DNA of 56,364 nt from Aestuariivirga sp. (GCA_043757105.1 JAYVPZ010000350.1:1-56364); one strand, 5' to 3'. Shown: positions 30,421-42,076, counted from the stretch's first letter. The notes: generated by a model not told the origin, from the letters alone. Numbers and translations: made by a program.

Positions 30421-33420
30421 ATGCCGACTAGTCTCCCGCGTGTTTACAATATAGCATCAGGCGGCGATTTCTTGGATGTTTTGGCGCATAATATTCTCAA
30501 TGGCTTTCCGTTTGAAACAGGAACTGTCCGTGCTCCAATATCGCGTTGGACAATTCTTCTTCCAACGCGCCGCGCTGCAACACAACTGGGGCAAACCCTG
30601 TTGCAAGCCTCAGGTCAAAAGGCAATTCTATTACCGCGTATTAAACCTTTAGGTGATCTTGATGATGTTCAATCATATGATCAAATGGGAGAGAGCAGTC
30701 TACCTGCCGCCATCTCACCGACGGGACAATTTTTTATCATTCTGAGATTACTTGACAATTGGGCCAAAGAAAACCCGCTCATCACGCTGGCACAGGAAAT
30801 TAGACATTCACAAACACAGGCCATTGCTCTTGCCAACAGTCTTGTAAAATTGGTCGATCAAATCGAAACTGAGGACGTAAATCTCGATAAGATTGGTGAA
30901 GCCTACGAGGCCGATCTTTCAGAGCACCGAAATGCAATTCTAAGCCTGTTGTCAATTGTCAGGAGTGAACTTCCAAAACGGTTGCACGAAGCAAATCTTT
31001 TGGGCCATTCAGACAGGCGTAACCGAACCATAAGATGGGAGGCCGAGCGAATTAGAAATGGCGAACGAATGGGTCCGATTATTGCGGCTGGTTCGACGGG
31101 TACGATTCCAGCGACCCGCGCGCTATTGCGGGCCATATCACAACATCCCTCGGGTGCAATCGTCTTGCCCGGCCTCGATCTAAATTTAAATGAACTGGCG
31201 TGGCAAACAATAAAGCCTGATCATCCACAATATGCATTGAAGAACATGTTGAGTGAGTTTGGCCTCGCACGCACCCAAATTCCAAATTTAAGCTTAGGAA
31301 ACCAGGACCGTAATTTTCTGGCCTCCGAACTCATGCGTCCAACTGAAACTGCCGATCAGTGGAATGAAATTATGAGCGCTAATAAAGATAAGATCACTGC
31401 TGCTACGAAAAATCTTAAATTGATAGAAGCCTCTGACCGCCACATCGAGGCGCGCAGTATTGCTCTGATCTTGCGCGGTGCACTAGAGGAACCTGGTCAG
31501 ACTGCGGCTCTCGTAACACCTGACCGCGATCTTGCAGGACGAGTAAGGTCTGAGTTGCAACGTTGGAACATCGAAATCGATGATTCTGCGGGTGAGCCCT
31601 TAACGCATTCAGGACTGGCTGGATTAGCGCAACGCCTTATTGAAGCGTTTTTGACACATTTCTCTCCAGCATCAGTTTTGAGCCTCTTAATCCATCCTCT
31701 TTGTAATCTTGGATTAGACCGAAATGAAATGCTGCTAGCGCTGAACAACTTAGAAATTGCAGTGCTCCGAAACTATAGCGTCAGCGATTTTCAATTGGCA
31801 TTTAAAAGAGCCAGATTGGCATTTCTAAATGCGCAGCGGGTTCATCCCTTGGCAGCTAAACTGGTTGAAACCGATTGGCAATCGATGCAGGAACTGGTCA
31901 CGCGGATTGTTGGGATTTCTACGGGAGTCGTTGCTCATGAAGTCGCCCCCTTTCAAAAACAACTTTCAATATTTTTGGGATGCCTACTAAAATGTGCAAC
32001 AAAAATATCCGCAGATTCTATGGAAGACCGCAGTTTTGAAAAAATAGTTGCTGAAGTACTATTGGAAGCACATCACATCCCAGCCTGTTCTTTTTTAGAC
32101 GCAGCTGCAATTATTAAGAATATTTTACGTGGGCAAACCATTGATCGTTCTTTGAGTGCCCACCCTCGACTGGCAATTTATGGCTTGCTTGAAGCCCGGA
32201 TGATGCCTTGTGATATCTTAATTCTCGGTGGCCTCAACGAAACCAAGTGGCCATCTCAGCCTGATCCTGGTCCTTGGCTTAACCGACCGATGCGCGATGT
32301 TTTTGGGTTGCAGCAGCCTGAACGAGAAATCGGTGTAGCTGCTCATGATTTCACCCAAGGCTTATGCTACGCCAAAGTATATCTCACATGGTCAAAACGC
32401 GTTGATGCTGCTCCCCTCATCCCCTCGCGGTGGATATTGCGTCTCAAGGCAGTTTTGCAAGCAGCGGGTCTGTCTTCGCAGGATTTGGTTGATCAATCAT
32501 GGGTCGCATGGGCCAAAGAAATCGATGAGCCGCTGCACCTTCAGCCCATTGAGAAACCAAAACCTACACCACCTGTCAAAGCAAGACCCACGCGCATCAG
32601 CGTCACTGAAGTAGAAAAATTGATCAGGGATCCATATGCTGTCTATGCCCGAAGAGTCTTGAAGCTTGAACCACTTCCACCCATAGCAAGGCCAGCTGAT
32701 GCAGCGTTGCGCGGCATAATTTTTCACAATGCAATCAATGACTGGAACAAATTTCAACCCGAAATTCTAGCTGCTAATAATTTGGAATTCCTTTTAAAAG
32801 CTGGAGAGCATGCTTTCGTCCCTTATATATCGGACTCAGAAATAGCGTCATTCTGGTGGCCGCGCTTTAAAAAAATGGCAAACTGGTTGTCACAGAATGA
32901 GTTGAATTATCGTGTTGGCGTAAAGTCGATCAAGACTGAAATTTATGGCTCTCTTGAACTGGACATTCCGGGACATCAATACACACTTTATGGAACAGCC
33001 GACCGTATTGATATTTTAAGTAATGGATTGGCACGGATCATTGATTATAAAACTGGAAATCCACCAACTTCAAAACAGGTGACAAGCGGCTTAAGCCCGC
33101 AGCTGCCCCTAGAGGCCGCGATTCTGGCTTACGGAAAATTCGAAAATCTTCCGCAGCTTAAGACAGCGTCACTTGATTATCTCGCAGTCAGCGGTGGCCG
33201 AGAAGCTGGAGAGCTCATACCCATCAATCCGGGAGATGGCTTGCTCCTGATGGATATTATAGATAAAAAAACAGTTGATCTAAAGAGATTGATCACAAGT
33301 TATTTCAATTCAAACCAGGCCTATTTGCCGCGCGTGGCACCTTTCAAAGATGAGGGCGAACAAGACTACGATCATCTCTCAAGATTTAGGGAGTGGATGT
33401 TGGGAGGAGGTAAAGCGTGA
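30421..33420 (+). CDS. addB: Double-strand break repair protein AddB
   Basis: LPTRRA, AAGSTG, ALVTPDR.LA, SVTEVE.LIRDPY, ADRID...IIDYKTG nuclease motif. Confidence 0.93.
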   Translation: MPTSLPRVYNIASGGDFLDVLAHNILNGFPFETGTVRAPISRWTILLPTRRAATQLGQTLLQASGQKAILLPRIKPLGDLDDVQSYDQMGESSLPAAISPTGQFFIILRLLDNWAKENPLITLAQEIRHSQTQAIALANSLVKLVDQIETEDVNLDKIGEAYEADLSEHRNAILSLLSIVRSELPKRLHEANLLGHSDRRNRTIRWEAERIRNGERMGPIIAAGSTGTIPATRALLRAISQHPSGAIVLPGLDLNLNELAWQTIKPDHPQYALKNMLSEFGLARTQIPNLSLGNQDRNFLASELMRPTETADQWNEIMSANKDKITAATKNLKLIEASDRHIEARSIALILRGALEEPGQTAALVTPDRDLAGRVRSELQRWNIEIDDSAGEPLTHSGLAGLAQRLIEAFLTHFSPASVLSLLIHPLCNLGLDRNEMLLALNNLEIAVLRNYSVSDFQLAFKRARLAFLNAQRVHPLAAKLVETDWQSMQELVTRIVGISTGVVAHEVAPFQKQLSIFLGCLLKCATKISADSMEDRSFEKIVAEVLLEAHHIPACSFLDAAAIIKNILRGQTIDRSLSAHPRLAIYGLLEARMMPCDILILGGLNETKWPSQPDPGPWLNRPMRDVFGLQQPEREIGVAAHDFTQGLCYAKVYLTWSKRVDAAPLIPSRWILRLKAVLQAAGLSSQDLVDQSWVAWAKEIDEPLHLQPIEKPKPTPPVKARPTRISVTEVEKLIRDPYAVYARRVLKLEPLPPIARPADAALRGIIFHNAINDWNKFQPEILAANNLEFLLKAGEHAFVPYISDSEIASFWWPRFKKMANWLSQNELNYRVGVKSIKTEIYGSLELDIPGHQYTLYGTADRIDILSNGLARIIDYKTGNPPTSKQVTSGLSPQLPLEAAILAYGKFENLPQLKTASLDYLAVSGGREAGELIPINPGDGLLLMDIIDKKTVDLKRLITSYFNSNQAYLPRVAPFKDEGEQDYDHLSRFREWMLGGGKA

Positions 33421-36400
33421 ACATGGCTTTTACACCAACCCCGCAGCAAGCCGAAGCCGCAGACCCCAAGCATTCAGTATGGGTGACTGCAAATGCCGGC
33501 TCCGGTAAAACCCATGTGCTTGTTGAACGTGTCATCCGCCTTTTATTAGAAGGTGCCGAACCCTCTACAATTTTATGCATCACATTTACCAAGGCCGCCG
33601 CGGCCGAAATGTCTTCAAGGCTTTTCGAGCGATTGAGCAAATGGACATCATTGTCTGACGACCAGCTGTGGTCAGAACTTGAACGGGTTGGGATTAGGCA
33701 GCCAGAGCCAAGTCAGTTGATCCGGGCGCGCAGACTTTTCACACTTGTTTTAGAAACTCCCGGTGGGTTAAAAATACAAACCATTCATGCTTTTTGTGAG
33801 CGTCTCCTGCAATTATTTCCAGTTGAAGCGGGAATGGCACCAGGCTTTCGTGTGCTTGATGACAGGCAAACCCGACTGCTGCAAGAGGCAGCTCAAGAAG
33901 AAATTCTAAATCAGGCACGAAGCGGCGAAAATACAGGATTATCTGAAGCATTTTCGATTGTTGTGGCGCACGCGGGAAGTGATGTTTTTGAATCATTGGT
34001 TCAAAGCTTCTTAGGTACGTCCCAAAAAATTAAAGACCTTTTTGATGTAAACCTAGATGCCAGTGATTTTGAATTATTGTTAAAAAATTTTCTGAGTTTA
34101 GATGTCTCGGAAAATTATGAGTCATTATCAAAAAAAATAAATCAGATTGATGAATTGGCCTATGAGTTTCATGCCAAAATTCTTGCCGAAAAAGGGCCAT
34201 TCCGAAAACACGATGCTGCAGCCTTGATGCGGGGCGCAGTTAATCAAGATGAAAGATCAACGCTTCTCAAGCAAATCTATTTTACGCAATCTGAAAAACT
34301 TGAACCACGAAAATCTTTGATGTTTAAAGAAACATCAGATCGTTTCCCTGAAGCGCGTGAGTTTCTTTCGAATGAACAAAACCGATTGCAAGTTCTTTTT
34401 CAGAAGCAGGATATGGTTCTAAGGATTGAGGCATCGGCGGCTATCTATGCCCTTGCGAAAGCCATTTACCAAAATATCGAAACACAAAAAAGCCAACGCG
34501 GAATTTATAATTTTGATGATTTAATCAAGCGCACAAATGCATTGTTGCATAAATCTCACGCAGCCCAATGGGTTCTATACAAACTAGATTCAGGGCTAAA
34601 TCACATATTGCTAGATGAAGCCCAAGACACCAGCCCAGCCCAGTGGAGCATCATCCAAGCATTAGCGGAGGAATTTTTTGCAGGGGCGGGCCGTCCGCTC
34701 GCACTTGAAAGAACAATTTTTGTCGTCGGTGATCGCAAACAGTCGATATATAGTTTTCAAGGTGCTGACGCGGAATCATTTGCCATAGCAAGAGAACGTT
34801 TTACCAAATTTATCGAGAGTAAAGGAAAATCGTCTGCCGAAATTCAGCTGAATATTTCCTATCGAAGCACCAAAGCGGTCTTGGACGCTGTGAATCTGGT
34901 GTTTCCTCCCAGCAATCCTCAGCGCTTTGGGTTTCCGGCAAAAGATACGTCTGAGCATGACCATACGACGACTCGCAAAGATGCCAGTGGTCGTGTTGAA
35001 GTTTGGCCGTTGATCCTCCCAGAGAACGATGATGAAATTATTGATCATTGGCAAGCTCCCATAGACCGAGAACCAGCCCAATCACCGAAGCGGCGACTGG
35101 CAAAGCAGATTGCAGAAACAATACGAAGCTGGATTGGGTTTCGTAAATTGGAATCTGAAAATCGCCCGATTGAACCAGGCGATATCATGATTCTCCTGCA
35201 GTCGCGTGGATCATTGTTTTCAATGCTGATTGCCGAACTTCGAAAAATTGGCGTTCCCGTGGCCGGCGCAGATCGCCTTAAATTGCGAGAAAGTATTGTC
35301 ATTCAAGACCTGCTTATGCTTGCGCAATGGATTCTCTTGCCACAAGATGATCATGCGCTTGCCTGCGTTCTCAAAAGCCCATTTGTTCCCGAACGACTCA
35401 ATGAGATACAGCTCTTTGAGTTTGCAAATGGCCGAGGGGCCAAAACACTTTGGAGCGTGGTCTGCGAAGATAAAAATAAGAATGCGCAATGGTTGGATGA
35501 GCTCATCGCAGCATCGAGCGAACTCACGCCTTATAATTTTTTCAACAAAGTCCTCTCGAGATTTCGAAAAGCGATGCTCGGTCGCTTAGGGCCAGAGGCT
35601 GGTGATGCCACGGACGCATTTCTTGACCAAACGCTTGACCATGAAATTGAAAATGGCTCAACGCTCGCTGGCTTTGTGCATTGGTTTAATGCAGGTGAAA
35701 CTGAAATCAAACGTGAGCTTGAAAAAACCGCAGGCGAAGTTCGCCTCATGACGGTTCATGGTGCCAAAGGTCTTGAAGCAAATATTGTATTTTTGCCAGA
35801 TGCTGCTTCTGTTCCAAAAGGTCGTGACGGAGATAGGTTGCTCATGATAAGCAATGAAAACCATGATCTTCAGCTTCCTTTGTGGATGTTGGGCGGGCTT
35901 TCAATGTCCGAAGAACTTTTGGAACGGATTAAAGTCGTTCAACTCAAGGAGGTCGCAGAACGTAACCGTCTTCTCTATGTTGCCATGACAAGAGCGCGCG
36001 ACGAGCTTTATATCTGTGGTGCAAAAGGAAAGACCAAGGAACTCCCAAAGGACAGTTGGTATGCCATTGTCGAACCGATATTGAGCGTAACCCCGCATCA
36101 AACTGAAGCTAATCCAACACAGCAAGCACTGCCGCATCTGCAGAGCCAAAAATTGCCAATTCCATCTTGGGTTTTTGAAAAACCTCATGTTGAATCAATC
36201 AAGAGGACGCGCAGCGTTACAAATTTATCGTCTCATCTGCCGAGTGAATTTTTGGCGTCACGTACACAAGAACGACAGCGCGGAACCTCTATTCACGGCT
36301 TGCTCCAGTCTCTTCCGTTGATTGAACGTGAGCACCAAGTTACATTTGCCAAAACCCAAGCCAAACGCATTAATCTGGATGAGGCGATGGCCCTCTCTTT

Positions 36401-36761
36401 GGTCAAGTTGATAAATTTAACCGAACTTGCGGTGTTTTTTGGGCCGGACAGCGAGGCCGAAGTTGAAATATCAGGCATCCTTACGAATGGTCGCAACCTG
36501 ATTGGCCGCATTGACCGCATCGTGCGTGGATCAACAGAAATATCTTTGCTGGACTATAAATCAGATCGCTCAGTGCCTGGATCTATTGGGCCTGAGCATC
36601 CTTACGTGCAGCAAATCGCACTTTATGCAGACTTGATCAAATTGGCATTCCCAGATCATAATGTCAAAGCTGCCTTGCTCTGGACGCAAACCTCTAAATT
36701 GGAGTGGATTTCAATTGAACTGCTTGAACAAGCCCGTGATCTGGCTTTGATCGAGGAGTGA
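33417..36761 (+). CDS. addA: Double-strand break repair helicase-nuclease AddA
   Basis: ANAGSGKT, DEAQDT, VGDRKQSIYSFQGA, TVHGAKGLE, LYVAMTRA, GRIDR...DYKS. Confidence 0.95.
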   Translation: MNMAFTPTPQQAEAADPKHSVWVTANAGSGKTHVLVERVIRLLLEGAEPSTILCITFTKAAAAEMSSRLFERLSKWTSLSDDQLWSELERVGIRQPEPSQLIRARRLFTLVLETPGGLKIQTIHAFCERLLQLFPVEAGMAPGFRVLDDRQTRLLQEAAQEEILNQARSGENTGLSEAFSIVVAHAGSDVFESLVQSFLGTSQKIKDLFDVNLDASDFELLLKNFLSLDVSENYESLSKKINQIDELAYEFHAKILAEKGPFRKHDAAALMRGAVNQDERSTLLKQIYFTQSEKLEPRKSLMFKETSDRFPEAREFLSNEQNRLQVLFQKQDMVLRIEASAAIYALAKAIYQNIETQKSQRGIYNFDDLIKRTNALLHKSHAAQWVLYKLDSGLNHILLDEAQDTSPAQWSIIQALAEEFFAGAGRPLALERTIFVVGDRKQSIYSFQGADAESFAIARERFTKFIESKGKSSAEIQLNISYRSTKAVLDAVNLVFPPSNPQRFGFPAKDTSEHDHTTTRKDASGRVEVWPLILPENDDEIIDHWQAPIDREPAQSPKRRLAKQIAETIRSWIGFRKLESENRPIEPGDIMILLQSRGSLFSMLIAELRKIGVPVAGADRLKLRESIVIQDLLMLAQWILLPQDDHALACVLKSPFVPERLNEIQLFEFANGRGAKTLWSVVCEDKNKNAQWLDELIAASSELTPYNFFNKVLSRFRKAMLGRLGPEAGDATDAFLDQTLDHEIENGSTLAGFVHWFNAGETEIKRELEKTAGEVRLMTVHGAKGLEANIVFLPDAASVPKGRDGDRLLMISNENHDLQLPLWMLGGLSMSEELLERIKVVQLKEVAERNRLLYVAMTRARDELYICGAKGKTKELPKDSWYAIVEPILSVTPHQTEANPTQQALPHLQSQKLPIPSWVFEKPHVESIKRTRSVTNLSSHLPSEFLASRTQERQRGTSIHGLLQSLPLIEREHQVTFAKTQAKRINLDEAMALSLVKLINLTELAVFFGPDSEAEVEISGILTNGRNLIGRIDRIVRGSTEISLLDYKSDRSVPGSIGPEHPYVQQIALYADLIKLAFPDHNVKAALLWTQTSKLEWISIELLEQARDLALIEE

Positions 36762-36829
36762 TCTGCTAGACCTTGACCCTAAGCTCAATCGTCACTACCT
36801 CTGTGACATAATTGATTTGGAGAAAGCTC

Positions 36830-37150
36830 ATGTCCACCCATAAAGTTACCGATGCCAGCTTTGAAGCTGATGTACTAAATTCCTCAACACCTGTAGTGGT
36901 TGATTTCTGGGCGGAATGGTGCGGCCCTTGCAAAATGATTGGTCCATCCTTGGAAGAAATTGCCAAGGAATTAGGCCCCAAGGCCAAGATCGTGAAGATC
37001 AACATTGATGAAAATCCCGGCACACCTTCGAAGTTCGGCGTTCGCGGCATCCCAACCTTAATGGTGTTCAAGGACGGTAAGCTCTCAGCCACAAAAGTGG
37101 GTGCTTTACCAAAAAACCAATTGCAAAGCTGGATTGAAAGTTCGATTTAA
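36830..37150 (+). CDS. trxA: Thioredoxin
   Basis: [16 protein letters not shown]; ATG 36830 with GGAG RBS. Confidence 0.97.
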   Translation: MSTHKVTDASFEADVLNSSTPVVVDFWAEWCGPCKMIGPSLEEIAKELGPKAKIVKINIDENPGTPSKFGVRGIPTLMVFKDGKLSATKVGALPKNQLQSWIESSI

Positions 37151-38475
37151 CGCTTGGCAGCTCCGCTGAGGGCCGACATGGTTTCACCGCTCTGCGTCGC
37201 CAACACATGGCCCGCCAGATAGAGTGAACCACAAATAACTATTCGTGGAGCAGGATGCAAAACAGCGGCCTGCTCCAATGCTTTTTCAAGCGATGGTGCA
37301 GAATCGGAAGCAATGCCATTTTGCTTTGCAATCTCAGCCAACTCATCAGCCGCAATCGTATTGATCTCACCTGGAATATCAATTGCAATAACACTCCCGG
37401 CGACGCCTTTGAAATTGGCGATAAAAGCATCCGGTTGTTTGGTGTTCAACATGCCCCAAATCATGATCAACGGTCTCGGGTTTTTAGCGTTCAAATCTCG
37501 CAGTGTTTGCGCCAACACAACACCCGCAGGCCCATTATGCCCGCCATCAAGCCATAGTTCTGTGTCAAGCGGAACCAACTCATTTAAATGACCGTTTACC
37601 AAACGCTGCATTCGTGCTGGCCATGAAACATTTAACATCCCCGCTTCGACGGCAGCATCTGTAATTCGTCCATCCTTCAGTGCACGAACAGCCGCAATTG
37701 CATTGCCAGCATTATCAATCTGGTGAGGCCCTTGTAGGGCAGGCAAAGGTAAATCCAACAAACCATCTTGATCTTGAAAAACCATCCGCCCATACTGCGT
37801 AAAACTCTGCCAATCTTGATTGGCGATTTTGAGCGGCGCACCTATTTTTGTTGCTACAGCTTCAATTTCATCTCGCACATTAGGAGACTGTGCGCCAACA
37901 ATGCCAATTGTCCCGTGCTTCAGAATACCAGCCTTCTCACGAGCAATCTCTTCAATCGTATCGCCCAAATATTGTTGGTGGTCTAAACCGATTGACGTGA
38001 TCACAGTTACCGCCGGATGATCAATCACATTGGTCGCATCAAGCCTGCCACCAAGCCCCACTTCCAAAATCAGATAATCTGCAGGTGTGCGACTGAACGC
38101 CAAAAATGCAGCTGCGGTTGTGATTTCAAAGAACGTAATTTGTTCCGAGCCATTTGCTTGTTCACATTCTTCAAGCAACGCTGAAAGCGCGACTTCTGAA
38201 ATCAGTTCACCAGCGACTCTGATCCGCTCATGAAATTTCACCAAATGTGGCGAGGTATAACAATGCACCTGCAATCCCGCCGCTTCCATAATTGCGCGGG
38301 TTATAGCGAGTGTCGAACCTTTACCATTCGTGCCAGCAATATGGATAACAGGCGGCAGTTTCCTTTGCGGATTGCCAAGGCAATCAAGAATGCGCCACAT
38401 GCGGTCAAGTGAAAGATCAATGATTTTAGGATGCAGCTCTAAAAGCCGCATCAATATTGCATCGCTGCGCGCCAT
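37147..38475 (-). CDS. folC: Folylpolyglutamate synthase / dihydrofolate synthase
   Basis: [43 protein letters not shown]. Confidence 0.96.
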   Translation of the reverse strand: MARSDAILMRLLELHPKIIDLSLDRMWRILDCLGNPQRKLPPVIHIAGTNGKGSTLAITRAIMEAAGLQVHCYTSPHLVKFHERIRVAGELISEVALSALLEECEQANGSEQITFFEITTAAAFLAFSRTPADYLILEVGLGGRLDATNVIDHPAVTVITSIGLDHQQYLGDTIEEIAREKAGILKHGTIGIVGAQSPNVRDEIEAVATKIGAPLKIANQDWQSFTQYGRMVFQDQDGLLDLPLPALQGPHQIDNAGNAIAAVRALKDGRITDAAVEAGMLNVSWPARMQRLVNGHLNELVPLDTELWLDGGHNGPAGVVLAQTLRDLNAKNPRPLIMIWGMLNTKQPDAFIANFKGVAGSVIAIDIPGEINTIAADELAEIAKQNGIASDSAPSLEKALEQAAVLHPAPRIVICGSLYLAGHVLATQSGETMSALSGAAKR

Positions 38476-38478
38476 GAT

Positions 38479-39378
38479 TTAAGCGTTAACAGCAACCAAA
38501 GCACCAGCTGAAATTTCACGCGCTGAAGCCTTCATCAACATCCGCGCAATGCGGCTGACTGTGGTTTTCATCTCATGGCGATGCACGACTGAATCCACCA
38601 TGCCGTGTTCACGCAAATATTCCGAACGCTGAAAACCCTCAGGCAATTTTTCACGAATGGTCTGCTAAATCACGCGCTGGCCGGCAAAACCGATTGTTGC
38701 TTGTGGCTCAGCCAAATGCACATCACCAAGCATCGCGTATGATGCTGTCACACCGCCTGTCGTCGGATTGGTCAACACCACAATGTAGGGTAGTCCTGCT
38801 TCGCGCAATTCCTGCACAGCAATCGTCGTGCGCGGCAATTGCATCAAAGATAAAATCCCTTCCTGCATCCGCGCACCACCAGAGGCCACGAAAATCACAA
38901 AAGGGCATTTCTTTGAAACTGCAAAACGCATGCCAGCGATAATTGCATCACCCGCCGCCATGCCAAGCGAGCCACCAATAAATCCCATATCCTGCACTGC
39001 AACCACCATGGATTGCTCATTCACTTGGCCGTAGCCAGCCTGAATAGAATCATCAACGCCCGTCTTGGATTTTGCATCTTTCAAACGATCCGCATAACGC
39101 TTCTCATCTTTAAATTTTAATGGATCAACTGCAACCGCAGGCCCTGAAATCTTTTCAAATTCACCGCCGTCAAACATTGTAGAAAGCCGCAATGAAGCAG
39201 GCATCCGGTGATGATGATTAGAGCCCGGAAACACAAATTGATTGGCTTCCAAATCCTTATAAAAAACCATCTGCCCTGAATCAGGATCCTTGATCCACAT
39301 ATTTTCAGGCACATCGCGTTTCACAACGCCTAAAATGCTGCGAATTTTTGGACGAACAAAATTCTTAATCCAGTTCAT
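38479..39378 (-). CDS. accD: Acetyl-CoA carboxylase carboxyltransferase beta subunit, interrupted by an in-frame TAG at 38665-38667
   Basis: [23 protein letters not shown] motifs; the same frame continues past the TAG as [24 protein letters not shown]... to TAA at 38479 (299 codons in total). Confidence 0.93.
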
Positions 39379-39379
39379 T

Positions 39380-40198
39380 TTATGCCCTTATACCCTTTGC
39401 AATTTCGCGCACCACATCATGAACCGCCTTTGGCGTTTTCGCGGTGGCCTTACCTTGTTTATTCAAACTCTTTTCAACAGCGCTGACCAAGGCTGAACCT
39501 ACCACTACGCCGTCAGCATCTTTTGCAATCACACGCGCTTGGCCCGCAGTCTTAACGCCGAACCCCACACAGATGGGAAGCGATGTATGCTTGCGCAAGC
39601 GGTTCACATTTTGCTTCACACTTTTCAAATCAGGCGCTTTTGTGCCTGTGATGCCAAGAACCGAGACATAGTACACGAAGCCCGATGTATTCTTGAAAAC
39701 TTTGGGTGCCCGCGCATCATCAGTAGTTGGCGTTGCAAGCCGAATAAAGTTTAGACCCGCATTCATGGCCGGAATACAAAGCTCATCGTCTTCCTCAGGT
39801 GGCAGATCAACAATGATCAAACCATCCGCGCCAGCTTTCTTGACATCGACCAGAAATTTATCAACGCCGTAAACATAAATCGGATTGTAATACCCCATCA
39901 GAACAACAGGCGTGTCATTATCCCCAGCACGAAACGCTTTGAGCATCTTCAAAGTCTTCTTCATCGTCTGACCACCAGCCAAAGCCCGAAGTCCACCCTC
40001 TTGAATAACCGGCCCATCCGCCATCGGATCGGTAAATGGCATGCCCATCTCAATCAGATCAGCACCAGCCTTGGGTAATCCCTGAATGATTTTGAGCGAG
40101 GTGTCATAATCAGGATCACCCGCCGAAACGAATGTAACCAGAGCCGCACGGCCCTCTTCTTTCAACGCAGCAAAGCGGCGGTCAATACGGGTGGTCAT
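39380..40198 (-). CDS. trpA: Tryptophan synthase alpha chain
   Basis: [46 protein letters not shown]. Confidence 0.97.
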   Translation of the reverse strand: MTTRIDRRFAALKEEGRAALVTFVSAGDPDYDTSLKIIQGLPKAGADLIEMGMPFTDPMADGPVIQEGGLRALAGGQTMKKTLKMLKAFRAGDNDTPVVLMGYYNPIYVYGVDKFLVDVKKAGADGLIIVDLPPEEDDELCIPAMNAGLNFIRLATPTTDDARAPKVFKNTSGFVYYVSVLGITGTKAPDLKSVKQNVNRLRKHTSLPICVGFGVKTAGQARVIAKDADGVVVGSALVSAVEKSLNKQGKATAKTPKAVHDVVREIAKGIRA

Positions 40199-40207
40199 GT
40201 TATTCCT

Positions 40208-40495
40208 TCAAGTCCATTTACTCGGTCGTTTCGCACCGCTATCCCAAACACGAATGATTTGCACTTCTTGGGAAGTAACACGGTAGATAAATTGAAACGG
40301 GGTTCGCAAAACCGGAAATTCTCGAACATTGCTCTGCTCAGTTTCATGTCCAGCGAATGGATTTTGCCCCAATAATTTTTTTGTCCGGTAATATCCATTT
40401 TTTGCATTGGCCAAACCCGCGGGAAAAACCCCATGATAATATGTAAAAAACCAATCGAGATCACGTATAGCGGTTTCAAGAAAGCGAACCTTCAT
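40208..40495 (-). CDS. RelE/ParE-family type II toxin
   Basis: 95 aa, A.RDL..., NPFAG, VRE..V...PF..IYRV...V.IIRVW; 4-nt overlap with the upstream antitoxin. Confidence 0.8.
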   Translation of the reverse strand: MKVRFLETAIRDLDWFFTYYHGVFPAGLANAKNGYYRTKKLLGQNPFAGHETEQSNVREFPVLRTPFQFIYRVTSQEVQIIRVWDSGAKRPSKWT

Positions 40496-40782
40496 GCGCC
40501 TTGCTTTGCCGGAAAGATATCCGGTTGAGGCATCGGCAATTCATGGTCAATTCCCCATGCTTCAACCCATCGATCAACCGCTTCTTCGGAAACAAATATA
40601 CCCTTATTGGCCTCTGCGATCACTTCTCCGATGCACTCGCGCTTATAATCCTTCTCATCAAGATATTCTTCAAGCGCTTTCTGTACCAGGTAGGCCGCAG
40701 AACGATCTTCAATCTTTGCTTCATTTTCGAGCCGGGCTTTTACATCTTCATCCAAACGAAAAGAAAATGGAACTGTGGCCAT
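40492..40782 (-). CDS. CopG/RHH-family antitoxin
   Basis: FSFRLDEDVKARLE..A..EDRS..YLV..ALEEYL ribbon-helix-helix and acidic C-terminus; GGGAG RBS. Confidence 0.82.
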   Translation of the reverse strand: MATVPFSFRLDEDVKARLENEAKIEDRSAAYLVQKALEEYLDEKDYKRECIGEVIAEANKGIFVSEEAVDRWVEAWGIDHELPMPQPDIFPAKQGA

Positions 40783-40796
40783 CGCTAATCTCCCTT

Positions 40797-40818
40797 ATTG
40801 TGTTCACTGTAATACAAT
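40797..40818. promoter_or_regulatory. Putative TA operator (imperfect inverted repeat)
   Basis: ATTGTGTT-CACTGT-AATACAAT, 7/8 arm match, 14 bp upstream of the antitoxin start. Confidence 0.5.
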
Positions 40819-40837
40819 GAAAACAATCGGTCAAACA

Positions 40838-42049
40838 CTAAAGCTTGACCCCCAAAATATCAGCCACAGTGAAAATATCCTTATCTCCACGCCCGCACAT
40901 ATTCATCACCATCAAATGTTCCTTGGGCAATTTTGGCGCAATCTTCATGACGTGAGCCAAAGCATGTGATGGTTCGAGCGCCGGAATGATGCCTTCCAAC
41001 TTGCAGCACAGCTGAAACGCTTCCAAAGCTTCCATGTCAGTCGCTGAAACATATTGCACGCGCTTCATGTCATGCAACCAAGCATGCTCAGGCCCAATGC
41101 CGGGATAATCAAGTCCAGCCGAAATTGAATGACCCTCGGTTATTTGGCCATCATCATCCATCAACAAATAAGTCCGGTTGCCATGCAAGATGCCGGGCTT
41201 ACCGCCAGTGATCGAAGCCGCATGTTTTTTCTTCAAGCCATGCCCTGCTGCTTCAACGCCAATAATCTCAACCGAAGCATCATCAAGGAACGGATGGAAC
41301 AATCCCATCGCATTTGATCCACCACCAATGGCTGCAACAAGTGAATCCGGCAAACGACCCTCACGCTTCATCATCTGTTCTTTAGTCTCTCGCCCAATCA
41401 CCGATTGAAAATCGCGCACCATTTCAGGATAAGGATGAGGTCCTGCCACAGTGCCGATGCAATAGAAGGTGTCTTCGACATTAGCCACCCAGTCGCGCAG
41501 CGCTTCATTCAGCGCATCTTTCAAAGTGCGCGAACCAGATTTGGCAGGCACTACTGTAGCTCCCAAAAGCTTCATGCGAAACACATTGGGGGCTTGGCGC
41601 GCGATATCAACTTCACCCATATAGATAATGCATTCCAAACCAAATCGTGCGCAAGCGGTGGCTGTGGCAACACCATGTTGTCCAGCACCGGTCTCTGCAA
41701 TAATCCGCTTCTTGCCCATGCGCCGCGCCAACAAAATCTGGCCCATCACATTGTTGATTTTGTGTGCGCCGGTGTGATTAAGCTCATCGCGCTTCATATA
41801 GATTTTTGCACCACCCAAATGCTCTGTCAGGCGCTCGGCAAAATAAAGCGGCGACGGACGTCCCACATAATGTTCCAAAAAATCATTAAGCTCAGTTTGG
41901 AACGATGGATCAGCCTTGGCATCTTTATAGGCCTGCTCCAATTGCAAAATCAGCGGCATCAAAGTTTCGGCCACAAAGCGCCCGCCATAAATGCCAAACA
42001 GGCCTTTTTCATCAGGGCCTGTGCGATAGGAATTTGGAATTGCCGTCAT
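40838..42049 (-). CDS. trpB: Tryptophan synthase beta chain
   Basis: [40 protein letters not shown]. Confidence 0.98.
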   Translation of the reverse strand: MTAIPNSYRTGPDEKGLFGIYGGRFVAETLMPLILQLEQAYKDAKADPSFQTELNDFLEHYVGRPSPLYFAERLTEHLGGAKIYMKRDELNHTGAHKINNVMGQILLARRMGKKRIIAETGAGQHGVATATACARFGLECIIYMGEVDIARQAPNVFRMKLLGATVVPAKSGSRTLKDALNEALRDWVANVEDTFYCIGTVAGPHPYPEMVRDFQSVIGRETKEQMMKREGRLPDSLVAAIGGGSNAMGLFHPFLDDASVEIIGVEAAGHGLKKKHAASITGGKPGILHGNRTYLLMDDDGQITEGHSISAGLDYPGIGPEHAWLHDMKRVQYVSATDMEALEAFQLCCKLEGIIPALEPSHALAHVMKIAPKLPKEHLMVMNMCGRGDKDIFTVADILGVKL

Positions 42050-42076
42050 GATCGATCCTTAAAATATAAACGGGTT

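Noticed and set aside
38665-38667. Genome-wide TAG reassignment as an explanation for the accD stop
   Set aside because: TAG ends several genes at their expected C-termini here (ftsK, yggS, dnaQ, trpB, trpF), and no other housekeeping gene shows internal TAGs
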